From: Octopus vulgaris | Lineage: Eukaryota | Direction of reading: 5' to 3' | Length of the DNA stretch: 64,000 nt | Assembly: GCA_951406725.2 (NCBI GenBank) | Contig: OX597814.1 | Location: 80,786,001 to 80,850,000, forward strand | Part shown: positions 12,712 through 25,704 of the stretch, one piece after another | Layout: the number at the start of each line of letters is the position of its first letter | Position numbering within the stretch: the stretch's first letter is position 1 | Notes under the pieces: generated by a model | Databases searched by the model: none | What the model was told of the DNA's origin: nothing | The model's input: the letters and a program-made list of their open reading frames with translations, nothing else | Program-made: the position numbers and the translations under genes

Positions 12712-13030
12712 TGCAGGTGTGGCTGTGTGATAAGAGGTTTGCTTCCCAACCACATGGTTCCCGGTTCGATCCCACTGCATGGCACCTTGAGCAAATGTCT
12801 ACTATAGCCTTGGACTAAGCAAGGCCTTTTGAGTGGATTTGGTACATGAAAACTGAAAGAAGTCTGTCATTCCATCTTTCTTTACATTCTGAGTTGGAAT
12901 TTCAACAAGGATGACTTTGCCTTTCATCCTTTCAAAGTCAACAAGATAAGTACCAGTTGAGTACTGGGGTCAATGTAATCAACTTACCCTTTCCCCTCAA
13001 TATTGCTGATCTTATGCCAAAATTTGAAAT
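12712..13030 (+). mobile_element. SINE A 5' half joined to a SINE C (Meta-domain-like) body
   Basis: The A-type head runs to ~12870, then tctttacattctgag...gactttgcctttcatcctttc...aagtaccag...tgccaaaatttgaaa. Confidence 0.7.
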
Positions 13031-13729
13031 CTATATAAAACCTAAATTTTTTTTAACTTTTCATGAGAAGCACATCAGGAATATTTTGTTTGATCTCCTG
13101 TGGACCATAAAGACTAAAAAATTTAGAATTACTTCTTATGGGTGGTTCAGCTTGCTAGAAATAGTTACATCTCCCTCAGATCACATCCTGCCATTTAAAA
13201 AAAAAGCTATGACACATTGCACAATGTAGCCCCAGATATATAGGAAAAAATAACAGGACAGGATGGTCACCACTAGAACATTTGTAATTATAGGGTCTGC
13301 TCAGTCAGGGCTGATCTGGAGCTAAACAACAAGACCAACTACACAACAATAACTTGTCTTGATAAACTGAGATAATTTTTAATAATGGCTGTTCACAGAA
13401 GCACAATGAAGCACCACTACTTACTGCAGATTTGAACTCACTTTCTATGAGTTTGTAGCCTAAGTAGGCAAATTGTACTGAAACATAATCCAGCCTTCAT
13501 AGTACTTTTTTTAACAATTTAGTCAGTGAGGAAGGTTAATGTTCATGATACCGCCCACATTTTTTTTCAGAGTCTGAGATTGGTGGGAAAAAAGGAAGAA
13601 CGTATCATTGAATAGGAAAGCTTATCCAAATACTTGCAGCAGAGAACCCTGCTAAAGGTACCCAAGAAGCAGGTGGTGGTGGTGGTGGTGGTGGTGGTGG
13701 TGGTGGTAATCCTATTTCACCTCATTTAT

Positions 13730-13960
13730 TGATGTTGTTTAACACCAGGTTATCTCTAACTGATAACACCCATAATCAAAGACATTCCAACCATGATCAT
13801 CCTATCCTCGTTTCAGGTATAGTGTATTTAAGACAACACTATCTACTTCCCCTTTTCTTGAAAGAAGGAGTAACAAATTGCTATTTCTACAATCTTTAGA
13901 GTATATTTGAGGCAGATTTGGTTGATATATCCAGCAAATTGAATAACCATATGGATGATT
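13730..13960 (+). repeat. Dispersed repeat family D (old, ~220 bp, class unknown)
   Basis: Pattern gttgtttaac.ccagg...gacctatgatcaaa...attcca.ccatgaccatc...gagatttggctgctatttctagca. Also at ~6000-6230, 9850-10045, 13130-13340(-), 15080-15345(-), 35345-35550, 37195-37360, 38990-39070 and 41590-41780(-). Confidence 0.7.
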
Positions 13961-15233
13961 GTACTTTCTTTAGAATAGTTTTTGTCCATAAAGGAATTTG
14001 AAGCCAGCAGTATAAGCTAACGGGACAGTTATTAATTACACAACACCTCTAAATGTAGTGATCATGTTCCAAAGATGAGAGAATTTAATCTACTTCTTCC
14101 AGAAATCCATCTAAAATAGTCCATTCTATTCAATTCATAGTTGCTCATGCTGTTAATTACAGCAATATTGGAAGGAAGTAGAATAAAGCAGTACATTTAA
14201 ATATCTAACCCCATTGTCAGTCTGACATAGAAACTACAAGACAACACACTAGTATTCATTGGCTGACAGAAGTTCTGTGACTGAAGTAGGTAACTAGTTC
14301 TTTAATTTGGGTTGTCTTCTTTTACGTTTTATAATTTCAAATCAACTCTTGCTTACAAAAACTCTTTGCTTAAAATCTGAAATGAGGAAATGTTGATTGC
14401 GAAAAAGAAGCTCTCACGGGCATCCTGTATTGAACTCTTTATAGTAGAAGACATAGATTTGTTGACCACCTAGCTGTAACTTAATTTCCTTTCTGGACTC
14501 ACCATTGTCCACCACACACTGGAGTTGCTTTTGGTTGAATTGATAAGATATCAGACTGTTGTCCAAAACAATGGTTGGTACTTAATCTTAGTAAGGTAGA
14601 GTCAGATCCTGCAGTACTCAATGTCTCTCTCTCTCGATTTTTATTTATTTATTTATTTATTTTTTGTGCAAACTTCATTATTAAGCTCTGATTGATTTGA
14701 TAAGGAGGATATGAATTAGCTATTTCTCCTTTTGTCTTCTTTTCAGGAGACATCAGCAGTTTGAGATTTCTGAATAAATCTTTTGTTACATAGTCCAGTG
14801 CATCCATGACAATGATTATAAATTGAAAATTTATAGATATCACACAAAAGCTATTGTTTTGCAGATAGTTTATCATATATATCATATGTGTGTGTGTAAG
14901 GGAGATAATCACTTCTAGATTAATCAATGGTGAAGCTAGAAGTCTAAATTTTAAATCAGAGAGTAAACAAAGACACACAGAATACAGAGTTAATTTTTTT
15001 TATTTATTGAAGAATATCTTAAATTTTATTTGTCATAGGTAGCCATATATAGCACTGGTCCATTTTCCTATAGCAAAATTGAGCTTTTTATTGGAATGCC
15101 CCCAAAATATTCCTTATCAAAGATATTTAACAACCTGTTAGATATAGAAACCAAAACTCCCTAAAAACTACATCCTACATCATAAAAATGGAAATATTGC
15201 AGAATGTGAGCCTATATACACAGTATCCAGAAC

Positions 15234-15268
<35 letters not shown>

Positions 15269-15864
15269 CAAGATAATCATGACTAGATTGTTTTCTAATC
15301 ACAGGTTTGCCTCTTCAGAGCTGATCATGGGTTAAACAACAACATAACCATGGCTGGTGGATCTCACCAGTCACCCAGTTATATGACACCACCTGATCCT
15401 TTAATGCTTTTAGCAGTGTCCACTCTGTTGTAAATATTCAGGTCAGGTCTCCAATCAAAGAATAACGTTTTCCGTTCCTCTCACCTGTTTTGAAAGTCCT
15501 AAATAGCTGTCATTTCTCTTTTGACTAAAACTTTGTTTTTATCTTTTAGTGTATCCTGTTTTTTTTTTAATCCTTTTATCTTTTACTCAGGAAGAAAGGT
15601 CATGCTTACAATCCTTTACAGAACTTCTGAGATTAATAGGAGAGCGGAGAAGAAAGAGTTCCCATACTAGAGACCTGGCCCTAAAGCTTGCAACAGAGTG
15701 GACACTACCAAAAATTACCCAAGGTACCAGGTGGTGGTGTTAAATTAGGTGGCTGATTAAATCTATCACCCACATAGACTATGTCAAGATTTGAATTCAG
15801 AATACAAAGAACCAGAACAAATACTGCAAGACATCTGGTCTGGCATTATTATAGTTCTGCCAAA

Positions 15865-16082
15865 GACAGTGAGCTGGCAAAATTGTTGGCAGGCTAGACG
15901 AAATACTTGGTGACATTTTGTCTGTCTACATTCTGAGTTCAAATTCAGCCGAGGTCGACTTTGCCTTTCATCCTTTCGGAGATTGATAAATTAAGTACCA
16001 ATGAAACACTGGGGTTGATGTAACCAACTAGTCCCCTTCCTGCGAAATTTCAGACTTTGTGCCTTTAGTAGAAAGGATTATT
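15865..16082 (+). mobile_element. tRNA-derived SINE family C (Meta-domain-like core)
   Basis: Pattern gagctggca...gagttcaaattcagccgaggtcgactttgcctttcatcctttcgg...aagtacca. Other copies at 16700-16880(-), 21150-21505, 23885-24330, 25265-25480(-), 41213-41340, 42058-42250, 52659-52878(-) and 52960-53170. Confidence 0.85.
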
Positions 16083-17029
16083 ATAATTCTGACAATCTAC
16101 CAAATTGAATTAGTACTTTTTTTTATAAACTCTGAAAAGATGAAAAGCAAAGTTGATCTCAACAGGATTTGAACTCAGATCACAGAGACAGAACAAACAG
16201 AACAAGGCTTTCTATCCATTGTACTAATGACTTCATTAATAATCCATTCTTGCATATAATGCATATCTTGTAGATTTCCTTTCTAATAATGTAGACCCTT
16301 TGATGGGTCAGGTTGAATGTACAAATATGCCCCTGTATGCTGCTTTCCTGTAAGATTTAGCAGAGATGAAGCCAGTATAAACAAGGAACCAGTGTCATAG
16401 AAGTACTTCACTTCAAATTTTATATGTTCATCAATATTATTGAAATTATTGTTTCAAAGGCCTCCTTATGAGAGAATGTTAATATAACTTCTTTAGCTTC
16501 ATAGCTCCAGACCTTCTTCCAGTTTGAGGGGTCCATTTCCAAACAAATCTCTGAACTGCCAATGGAGTGGGGGGGGGGGTGTCAAGCTTGTCAGGCTTAG
16601 TGACCATCATATGTATGGACCAGTTAGAATGCATGGCACTCAATGTCTGTCCCTCCTGTATCTCTTTCACGAAGAGTGTAGATGATAATCTTATACTGGT
16701 TTCAAATTTTGGCACAAGGCCAGAAAGTTTGGAGGAGGTGATAAGTTGATTACGTCAACCCCAGTGTTCAACCCCAAAAGGATGAAAGGCAAAGTCAAAT
16801 AAAATTTGAACTCAGAACGTAAAGACATGAAATGCCGGTAAGCATTTTGCCAAGCAGGCTAACGATTCTGCCAGCTCACTGCCCTCTGAGGGCAGCCTTA
16901 TATTAACTAGCCATTTTTTCTGCTTTTGTTTTTTTAATCTCCCTATAAAGAAGGAACAGGTTTCTATCATAGAAATGAAGGACCATTGCTGGAATTTAGA
17001 TACCAACAATATTACTTTTAAATGTTCAC

Positions 17030-17320
17030 TTTTACCGAAGTTTTGCATATTTTTGCCATTCCACATACAGATTGTATTTACTAGTGCATACTGATTGGCT
17101 ACTTTGCTGAAAAACTCCAAGTTCTTGTGATTACAACTTAGACGTTAGTCACGTAACCAGATGCACCAACAATTGTAAGTGCAAATTTAAGTTTATAATC
17201 TGCAAAGACAAGATATAACTTTTGATACAGCTGTCTATAAATATTCTCTTTCTCACTGATTTTGACAGAAATGTTCACATCTGCAGGGCAGCTGACCTCT
17301 ATAACTGTACGCAATTTTTC
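17030..17320 (-). pseudogene. RLE-type retrotransposon C-terminal fragment
   Basis: Reads IEVSCPADVNISVKISEKENIYRQL...DYKLKFALTIVGASGYVT...IQSVCGMAKICKT. Confidence 0.75.
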
Positions 17321-17844
17321 TTTTATGTCTCAAACAAGTATAGCAGGCATGTTTTGTTGTTTGGCTGGTTGGCTGGTTGGTTGGCTGGTTTTATACATAT
17401 ATGCATATATGTATTCATGTATGTATACGTGTGTATATATGTTTGTATGTATGCATGTTTGTATGTGTGCTTGTATGTATGTATGCATGCATGCATGTAT
17501 GTGTGTGTGTATGTATTTAAATGTCTGTATGTTATATGTATTTGTTTAATGTACTTGATCACCAGTATATTCACACTCACTTTTTAATTTAAATCTAATT
17601 TTCTTTCACATTATTTCAAACAGTGCTCTAAATCATTATTCAATCATTTTATTTTCAACTTCAATCATTAATTATTATCATTTCCTTTTAATCTGCCTCA
17701 GTCCTTAGTTCTTTTCCTTTACAACAATTGTGGACAGTCTAATATTGGTCTGTCTCCTGCTCCATTCTCTTACTTTTTAGTATTTTATTCATCTCACAAA
17801 GTTAGGTCCAGCATAAGCATGGGCCAATATACAGGTCTAAGTCT

Positions 17845-18385
17845 TTTATCTTTTATTTGTTTCAGTCAGCAATCTGTGGCCATGCTGGAACATTGCCTTG
17901 ACGAGTTTAGTCAAGTAAAAGAAAAGTACTTTCAGTACTTTTCTTTTAAAGTTTGGTACTTTGCATATCGTGGAGGCACAATGGCCCAGTGGTTAGGGCA
18001 GCGGACTCGCAGTCGGAGGATCATGGTTTCCATTCCCAGACCAGGCGTTGTGTGTGTTTATTGAGCGAAAACATCTAAAGCTCTATGAGGCTCCAGCAGG
18101 GGGTGGTGGCGACGCCTGTTGTACCCTTTTGCACCAACTTTCTCTCGCTCTTTCTTCCTGTTTCTTGAGTAATGCTCCAATGGACTGGTGTCCCATCCAG
18201 CTGGGGGGAACACATACACCATAGAAACTGGGAAACCGGGCCCATGAGCCTGGCTAGGCTTGAAAAGGGCGCATAAATAAAACAATAAAATCTTTGCATA
18301 TCAGTCTCTTTTGCCAAATTCCTAAGTTATATCAGTTGTCAAGTGGTGGTGAGGGAAAAGCAGAAACACAAAGACACACGTACAT
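17845..18385 (-). mobile_element. SINE A 3' part, interrupted by a SINE B insertion
   Basis: SINE A sequence resumes at 18303 after the nested element. Confidence 0.7.
17970..18291 (+). mobile_element. SINE family B (V-domain-like) with 11-bp TSD
   Basis: TSD ctttgcatatc at 17959-17969 and 18292-18302. tRNA-like head and A-rich tail. Confidence 0.9.
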
Positions 18386-18922
18386 ACAAACTGTCTAAGC
18401 CATGCCAGCATGGAAAACAGACATTAAAGGATGATGATGATGATGATGATGATGATGGTGATGAGGATGATGAGTATATATATACACACGCACACACGCA
18501 CACACACACACACACACTCACATTATATATGAATTATATTTTATCTGTTTTCATTAAATTTTTTCAATGAAGGAGTTGATCTCTTGCTACAGAACAAGGC
18601 CTTCATGGTGAAATTTAAACAACAAAAAGTATTAGATACCTAAGTGTATGAATGTTAATGTGTCAAATGTGTGTTTGTATGCATATCTACATACATGTAT
18701 GTGTATGTAAGTATTAATGTTTGTTTTTTTGTCAAGTTATATATAAAAAAATAATTTAGAATTGTATTGAAGAACAGCACAATACTTTTTAATAGAGAGC
18801 ATTAGAAAACGTTGGCAATGATCTCAGAGTTTCAGTTTACTCACTTACATCAGGCTATCTGACAAAGCTGAGCAAGCCAAAACTTAGAAGTTACTATCAA
18901 CCTTTACATTGTAAATATTTAA

Positions 18923-19142
18923 CCCTCTAGCATTTAAACTGGCCTTATCCAACCAAAATAACCTTCTTGTTTTATGCTCAAACTGACCTGATCCTGTCCT
19001 TCACACCTACCCAACAATGTTAGTCTAAAAATATTCAGTTACATAACTGAAGTCTGAAGGCTTCAAGATAATGCACGATTACTTCATAACAATGTGAAAA
19101 AATAAGCATTACATTTGATAGAATAATCTGAATGGTAAAGAG
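18923..19142. mobile_element. piggyBac-type MITE (degraded right end)
   Basis: TTAA|ccctctagcatt at the left end and aatggtaaagag at the right end (degenerate TIR). Confidence 0.55.
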
Positions 19143-19187
19143 TATATATATATATATATACTTTATTTAAAGCAGCAGAAAATTCAA

Positions 19188-19237
19188 CAAAATCTGTTAC
19201 TCTGAGTTTCTCGTTGCCGTTCATCAGACAGTTTTTG
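19188..19237 (-). ncRNA. Minimal type I hammerhead ribozyme motif (inverted copy)
   Basis: The reverse complement is identical to 19375-19424. Confidence 0.7.
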
Positions 19238-19374
19238 CTTTTTTTTTTTTTTTTTTGTTTATCGCTCGAAGATTGACCGTTATTTCTAAAGGGCCAATCA
19301 AACAAGTCCATTTTTTTAAAAGGTGTAGCGTTTGTAAGAGTCTAGATTGAATTGATATATCGGTTCCATTCTAG

Positions 19375-19424
19375 CAAAAACTGTCTGATGAACGGCAACG
19401 AGAAACTCAGAGTAACAGATTTTG
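19375..19424 (+). ncRNA. Minimal type I hammerhead ribozyme motif
   Basis: caaaaactgt-CTGATGA-acggcaacga-GAAA-ctcagag-TA-acagattttg. Stem I pairs 9/10, the core is intact, stem II is 2 bp with a GCAA loop, stem III is near-palindromic, and the cleavage triplet is GUA. Confidence 0.7.
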
Positions 19425-20259
19425 TTGAGTTTTCTGCTGCTTTAAATAAAGCATATTACTCTACCACTGGTATTTGAGTACTCTTTTTTCCACCTTGTTT
19501 CACATTTATGTGTTTACTCCGGTATATATATATATATATATACACATACATACATATATATATATATATATACACACACACATATATATATATATGTATG
19601 TATCTATGTATGTATGTATATATTGGTTGGTAAACATGTAGCCATGCAGGAAGATAGTCAGATAAGTTTGGTGGATATTTCTGTCTATCATGTGTCAGAA
19701 ATGTAATGAACTTGCAGTATTCTTCCAGTGTTGAGAATTAGAATGTAGTTATTTACATAGACATAATGTAGCAATTGTATTGTTGTTGTTTTGTGAATCA
19801 CTAGTGCACACATCTATGTGTAATTCGGAAATAGTTTCACCACTCAGTTTAAGTAATTAATTAGAATGTCAATCAATGTCATGTGAAGTGAAATGTAAAA
19901 TTTTCTTATTTTAGCATTTTTTTTAACACTTTTAGAGACATTTTACATACTAAATAGAAATAAGTAATCTTGAATGCAGAAAATTTTTCGTTTCTTGTAA
20001 TTCTGTGACATTAAAATGTTTTGTTGGTAGTTTTGTCACATAATATATTCCATCAGCCAATAATGGTGAATGAGTATCTAAGTATCTCAGATGATCAAGC
20101 AAACAAAATACTAGTGACACCAATGTTATTGGTCTACTAGCCAAAATAACAGGTTTCCATCTTACTTTCATCCTGTCTCTAACCAAAACATTTCACATTT
20201 AAAGGTCCAGTTTATCTGGCCATCAAAAAAAAAAAACAGAAGGATCAACAGTCCTTCCT

Positions 20260-20480
20260 GAGCCACAGGTTCATGTGATTGGATTCCTGGATTCTGCAGC
20301 ATATCCATGTCCCCATTGGGTGAGACACCAGTCTGTTACAGGGTTATGTATATTTGCCAGCCAAGTGGACTGGAGCAAGGTAAAATGAAGTGCTTTGCTC
20401 AAGAACACAAAACATTGCCTGCTCCTGGAATTGAAACAACAGATTTATGATCATGAGAGGAACACTAAGCTATGTGCTTC
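20260..20480 (-). mobile_element. Old tRNA-derived SINE (head like 51521, V-like body)
   Basis: Reverse complement contains gtgttcttgagcaaagcacttcattttaccttgctccagtccact and acagactggtgtctc. Confidence 0.55.
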
Positions 20481-20667
20481 CATCCACCTGACCATAGACA
20501 AGTTAAATGTATGAGTACAACATTGCTGAAGGAAGCAAAGACACTGTTAAAGAAGGTTTTCATTAGTTTTGGGGTTTTTTTCAGTTCTGAGTTGAAAGTC
20601 TTTGTTTGGATTGTATGAGAGGTAACATAAAGCTGCTCCAGTAACCAACTGTAGATTAGAGTTCATA

Positions 20668-21085
20668 AGGTGCAAGTATGGCTGTGTGGTTAAGAAGCTC
20701 ACTATGCAACCAAGTGGCTTCAGGTTCAGTTCCATTTCGTGGCACCTTAGGCAAGTGACCTCTACTATAACTCCAGACCAACAAATACCTTGTGAGTGAA
20801 TTTGGTAACTGGAAACTGAGTGGAATCCTGTTGTGTGTGTGTGTGTATGTCTGTGCATGCGTGCATGCGCATGTGTGTGTGTGTGTGTGTGTGTGTGTGA
20901 CCAGCCTCACAACTTGACAACTGGTGTTGGTTTGTTTACATTCCTATAGCTTAACAGTTTGCCAAAAAAGACTAGAAGAATTAGTACCAGACTAAAATAA
21001 GTTTGATTTTTCAACTAGACCCTCCAAGGCAGTGCTCCAGCATGGGCCATAACCCAATGACTGAAATAAATAAAAACTAAAAGGT
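20668..21085 (+). mobile_element. SINE family A
   Basis: Full head, (TG)n centre and tail. Confidence 0.8.
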
Positions 21086-21508
21086 AATTCATCTCAGTCA
21101 GCTTTGCAATTAAATTATAAGTAGTCTACTGCAATCCAACTCAACAAATCATCTTTACATCCTGAGTTCAAATTCCATCAAAGTCAACTTTGCTTTTCAC
21201 CTTTTTGGGATCAATGTAATCATCTAGCTCCTGCCTCCCAAATTTCAGCCCTTGTTCCTATAGTAGAAAAAAATTATCATAATTATTATATAGGCAGCAA
21301 GCCAGCAGAATCATTAGCACGTCTTGCAAAATGTTTAACAACATTTCATCTGTCTTAATGTTATGAATTCAAATTCCGCTGAAGTCAACTTTGCCTTTCA
21401 CACTTTCAGACTTGATAGAATAAGTACCAGTTGAGTGCTGGGGTCGATGTAATTGATTTACTCTCTTCCCCCAAAATCACTGGCCTTGTGCTAACATTGA
21501 AATCATTA

Positions 21509-23668
21509 CACTGGTTTACAAAAATTTTTTTTGCTCTGAGGCAAGTATGTGAACAGGTTTTTTTTTTTACTAATTTTGATGTGGTGAATTCAATTTTCTG
21601 AACAGTTTTGCTCTGTCATCTCTAGTTGTTTTACTTTCCCATATCCCAGTTTAATTATACTGCATATAAATTCAAAATATAATGTGCTTATTTCATCTGT
21701 TACAAAGGCATATTACAGAAAAATAAAGCAGCATAATTACAGAACACTGATGGAACTAAATTACTTGAATAATACAACACACCCAAATCATAGTATAACA
21801 GACAGTTAGAAGTGATATTTTTTGATGAACTTGTGTACTTTGCCTCTGGGATATCATGCAAGCACAGAGGTTCCACTTGCCTTGGTAATTGCTCTCTATC
21901 TTAGTTATATCTTGGTGGAACCTTTCTCCATGCTCATCACTCGGGAGGGAAGAAGTTGAAGTGGGAATGAAGAAAGTAAATTTTGAGTAGTGACATTTAG
22001 CATCCCATATCCTCATAAGATTGTAACAACTTCTCAATACACTTTTGGTAATCCAGTACCCGTGTGTTACCAAGGAAGCCATGGCAGACTGACTTAAATG
22101 CTTCCCATGCTCTCGGTTCCTTTAAGGTAAGAAGCTCCTCAAAGTCCTTATCCTTCAGCACCTCTTGGATCTGAGATCTGACGAAGATTCCTTCCTTGAG
22201 GTTAGCAGAACTCAGAGCTGGGGACAGAGTGCACAAGTTTTGGAAGGCAGTGGCATTTTTGTCCATGGCCTTCATAAAATTCTTCATTAAACCAAGCTTG
22301 ATATGAAGAGAAGGAAGAAGCAACTTGTTCATGTCCACCAGAAGATTTTCTTGAACACTATTCACCAGGCATGTGAGTGATCCTAGATTTCCAGCCCTTC
22401 TGCTTGTAGTGCTTGGGTACAGCCCAACTGTCTCAGAGACAGAGAAAGCAACAGTACTTAGTGAAGCCCGCTTGCATACCAATAAAGAGCCCAATGACCT
22501 TGAGGTCTCCGCAGAGACTCCACTGGTACTGGTTGTACTTGACAGCTTCAAAAAGGAGCTCCATATTTTCATATGACTACTTCAGATGGACTGATTATGC
22601 AATGAGAATGCTGGGGTATTTATTCCTATTGTGCAGGAGCACAGCCTTCAGACTTTGCTTGGAAGAGTCTATAAAAAGACACCAGCCTGAGGGATTGCAT
22701 GGGAAACCAAGGAAGATGAACAAGCCAGAAACATTTGTGCAATAGTACATGTTTTCCATGTTGAAGAATGGAGCAAAGTCCTGGTTCTGTGACCTGAAAC
22801 TGGTAATCTTTACATCTGTCTTGACCAGGGTCCACTGCATAAGCCAGTATGCCAGGAGCTCTGACTGCTGCTTAGATAGATACAAATCATGGGCAAGGTC
22901 ATTCAGGTCTTCTTGTGTGATCCAGTGAGGCTCATTTCCACTTGCTCCTGAATAAACAGAGACTTTGTCTTCAGAAGAGATCAACTTCTCTTGAAGGCAT
23001 TTCTTCATCTGATGAAGGAAGAAGATCCTTATTTGCTGGGGGTGTAGGGACTTGGAGATCATCTGAGAGGGGAACAGGTCTCATAACTGAGGGAAGGTTG
23101 GGATATTTCATCTTTTTTCTAGAAGAAGCATTGAAACCTGTTATATTTCTGAGAAAAAATAACAATCATCTGCATGGCTTCATGGCTTACTTCAGACCAC
23201 CGGGAGAGCAACGATGAAGGCTGCTTTCATTAAACAATGCAGTAGTCCATTGTAGTAGGGTTTCCAACAGATGTCTGGGGCCCAGGATTTGTCCTGATTT
23301 CCAATTTTACAGTCAAAATAGTGAAAGTAAACAGTTCACAGGAGGGAAGTAATTGTTCATCAGTGTGCAACTGTCATGAAATCCACAGATGTAGCAAAAA
23401 TGAATTTGCTTTGTTGATGCATCCTCAGTGGTTTAAAGTGCATGAAGCCATTGTAGAGACGTGTATCATATGTATCACAAAAACCTGGAAAACAAAATAA
23501 AAATTGATCATATGTATGGTTACGTGAATTGTCACAAAATCATAATAATGTATACCTCAGAAACTAGAGGTGACGAGTGAAAACTGGTTTTGTACCTGAA
23601 ATCAGCAGCCCAAAATTAAGCTAGAACAACTATTTTTATGTTTGCCTCCATTTCTCTGTAAACCTGTG
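21509..23668 (-). mobile_element. Chapaev3-type (CMC) DNA transposon, both ends present, transposase decayed
   Basis: TIRs cactggtttaca / cacaggtttaca with TTA on both sides (21506-21508, 23669-23671) and an imperfect subterminal inverted repeat. Transposase motifs FCYICG, GNQDKSWAP, YPNLPSVMRPV, LFIDSSKQSLKAVLLHN, LHIKLGLMKNF, KEGIF, DEHGERFHQDI, YQGKW. Confidence 0.88.
21850..23430 (-). pseudogene. Chapaev3-type transposase pseudogene
   Basis: Motifs are spread over frameshifted ORFs 22971-23165, 22595-23062, 21997-22572 and 21756-22082, plus an N-terminal zinc-finger remnant at ~23270-23425. Confidence 0.85.
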
Positions 23669-23884
23669 TTATTATATAGGTTGCACTCATGATTGCTAGA
23701 TCATGGGTTTGATTCCCAGACCTTGAGTAAAACATTTCATTTCACATTGCTCTAGTCCCTATTTCAATCGGGAGGGAATGTTGGCCTGCACACCTAGCCA
23801 GTGAGGTTGCATCATTTGATGGCTAAAAGAATGTGTAACAGCATCTAATTGTCAGGTTGGTCATGTGACATGTGATTATATAGC

Positions 23885-24330
23885 TTGCAAGCTGGCAGAA
23901 TCATTAGCATGCCAGACAAAATACTTAGTGGCATTTCATCTGTCTTTATGTTCTAAGTTCAAATTCCGCTGAGGTTGACTTTGCCTTTCATCCTTTCACA
24001 GTCAATGAAATCAGTACCAGTTAAGTACTGTGATTGATATAATCAACTTACCCTTTCCCCAAATATTTCAGGCCTTTTGTCTAAAGTAGAAAGGATTATT
24101 ATTGTAATTATTATTACTAAGGCGGCAAGCCAGCAGAATCATTACTACACCAGACAAAATGCTAAATGGCATTTCATCTGTCTTTACATTCTGAGTTCAA
24201 ATTCCACTGAGATTGACTTTACCTTTCATTTCTTCAGGGTTGATTAAATAAACATCAATTGAGCACTGAGGTCTTTGTAATTGACTTACTCCCTCCCCCA
24301 AAATTGCTGGCCTTGTGCCAAAATGTGAAA
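23885..24330 (+). mobile_element. Two tandem SINE C copies
   Basis: 23885-24100 ends ...agtagaaaggattatt and 24120-24330 ends ...tgccaaaatgtgaaa. Confidence 0.85.
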
Positions 24331-24409
24331 TTGTTGTTATAAATTGCTAGGTAATATCTAATACAGAAATATATTGTGGCATCTATACTTTTGTTGTGTA
24401 TTACCTCAA

Positions 24410-25253
24410 TCTACTACACATGTGGAAAATTTTGTCTGGTTGTGTTTGTGGAGTTGTTAGCTAACTTCTCCTACATCATTTTATTGACTTTGATGAAACT
24501 CGACTTGTGAGTAGAACTCATCATGTCTGGAAACCTCATGACATACTCAGAGTGTTGAACAATCGATAATAGGGCCTGTGGAAGGGATCCTTATATATAG
24601 CCAATGGAAATAACCCATTCATTTTCCTAAATTATTTGGTAAAAATCAAATTGAGTATGCTTATTTCTTAGTATTTGAACTATTTGAGTTATTTTCGTAA
24701 TTTATCCAGTACAATGCTTAAACAAGTAAATAGTATTTTCCTAAACAATAAATCCACTTATTTCAGTTAGTGACTTATTCATGAATATACCAACACTAGC
24801 ACCCCTGAGGGTAATATTCTCTGGGAATGCACAAAAGCCCTTTTCAGAGCTATTTACTTTGAATTATTATTTCATATCTGATTAGCCTGTTATTGCATAA
24901 CACGCTTCACAATTTTAGTATACATACCTTATTAGTATTTCCTCCTATGTTCTATATACTCTGGAAACACATTAAAACCCTTTTCAGGGCTAGTTTATTT
25001 GAATTCTTACTATTGGGTAACTAATTTCATGTTATTACATAATTGACTTCACAATTTGGGTATTCATTACTTATTGGAAATTCCTCAAAACAAGATCCTG
25101 TGTAAGACAGCTTGGTATTCTCTGTAAATGCACAAAAACCATTTTAAGGGCTACATACTTTGTATTGTTGTTATTGGATTAGTGAAACAATTATGAGAAC
25201 AGAACCAAGAGATAAGCCCCACTTTCCCGGGAATTACCAGGTACATCAGCTAG
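24410..25253 (+). mobile_element. Non-autonomous Helitron with internal tandem subrepeats
   Basis: A^TC start at 24410 (alternative 24382) and a gactttgatgaaact motif. The 3' end has a GC-rich hairpin remnant cccgggaattaccagg then catcagCTAG^T at 25250-25254. Confidence 0.7.
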
Positions 25254-25532
25254 TAATAAAATATTGGTTTTAAATTTTGACACAAGGCCAGTAATTCCAT
25301 GGAAGAGGCTATGTCGATTATATAGGCTCCAATGCTCAAGTGGTACTTATTTTATAGATCTCAAAAGGATTAAAGGCAAAGCTGAACCTGTCAGCATCTA
25401 AACACAGAATACAAAGATGGGTAAAATGCTGCTAAGCATTTTTCCCACCATGCGAATGATTCTGCCAGTTCACTGCCTTTCACACTGCTTTATATAATAA
25501 AAGTAATATTAACTCCGTCTCTTTCTCTCTCT

Positions 25533-25704
<172 letters not shown>

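Larger units (their letters stand above)
19161..19522. mobile_element. Penelope-like terminal-repeat remnant with a 79-bp inverted repeat, within (TA)n
   Basis: 19161-19239 matches the reverse complement of 19373-19451 at 78/79 positions. Each arm carries a hammerhead motif. Confidence 0.75.

Noticed and set aside
14649-14978. ORF containing FIIIVMDALDYV, vaguely RT-like
   Set aside because: Too degraded; no second RT motif confirmed nearby.
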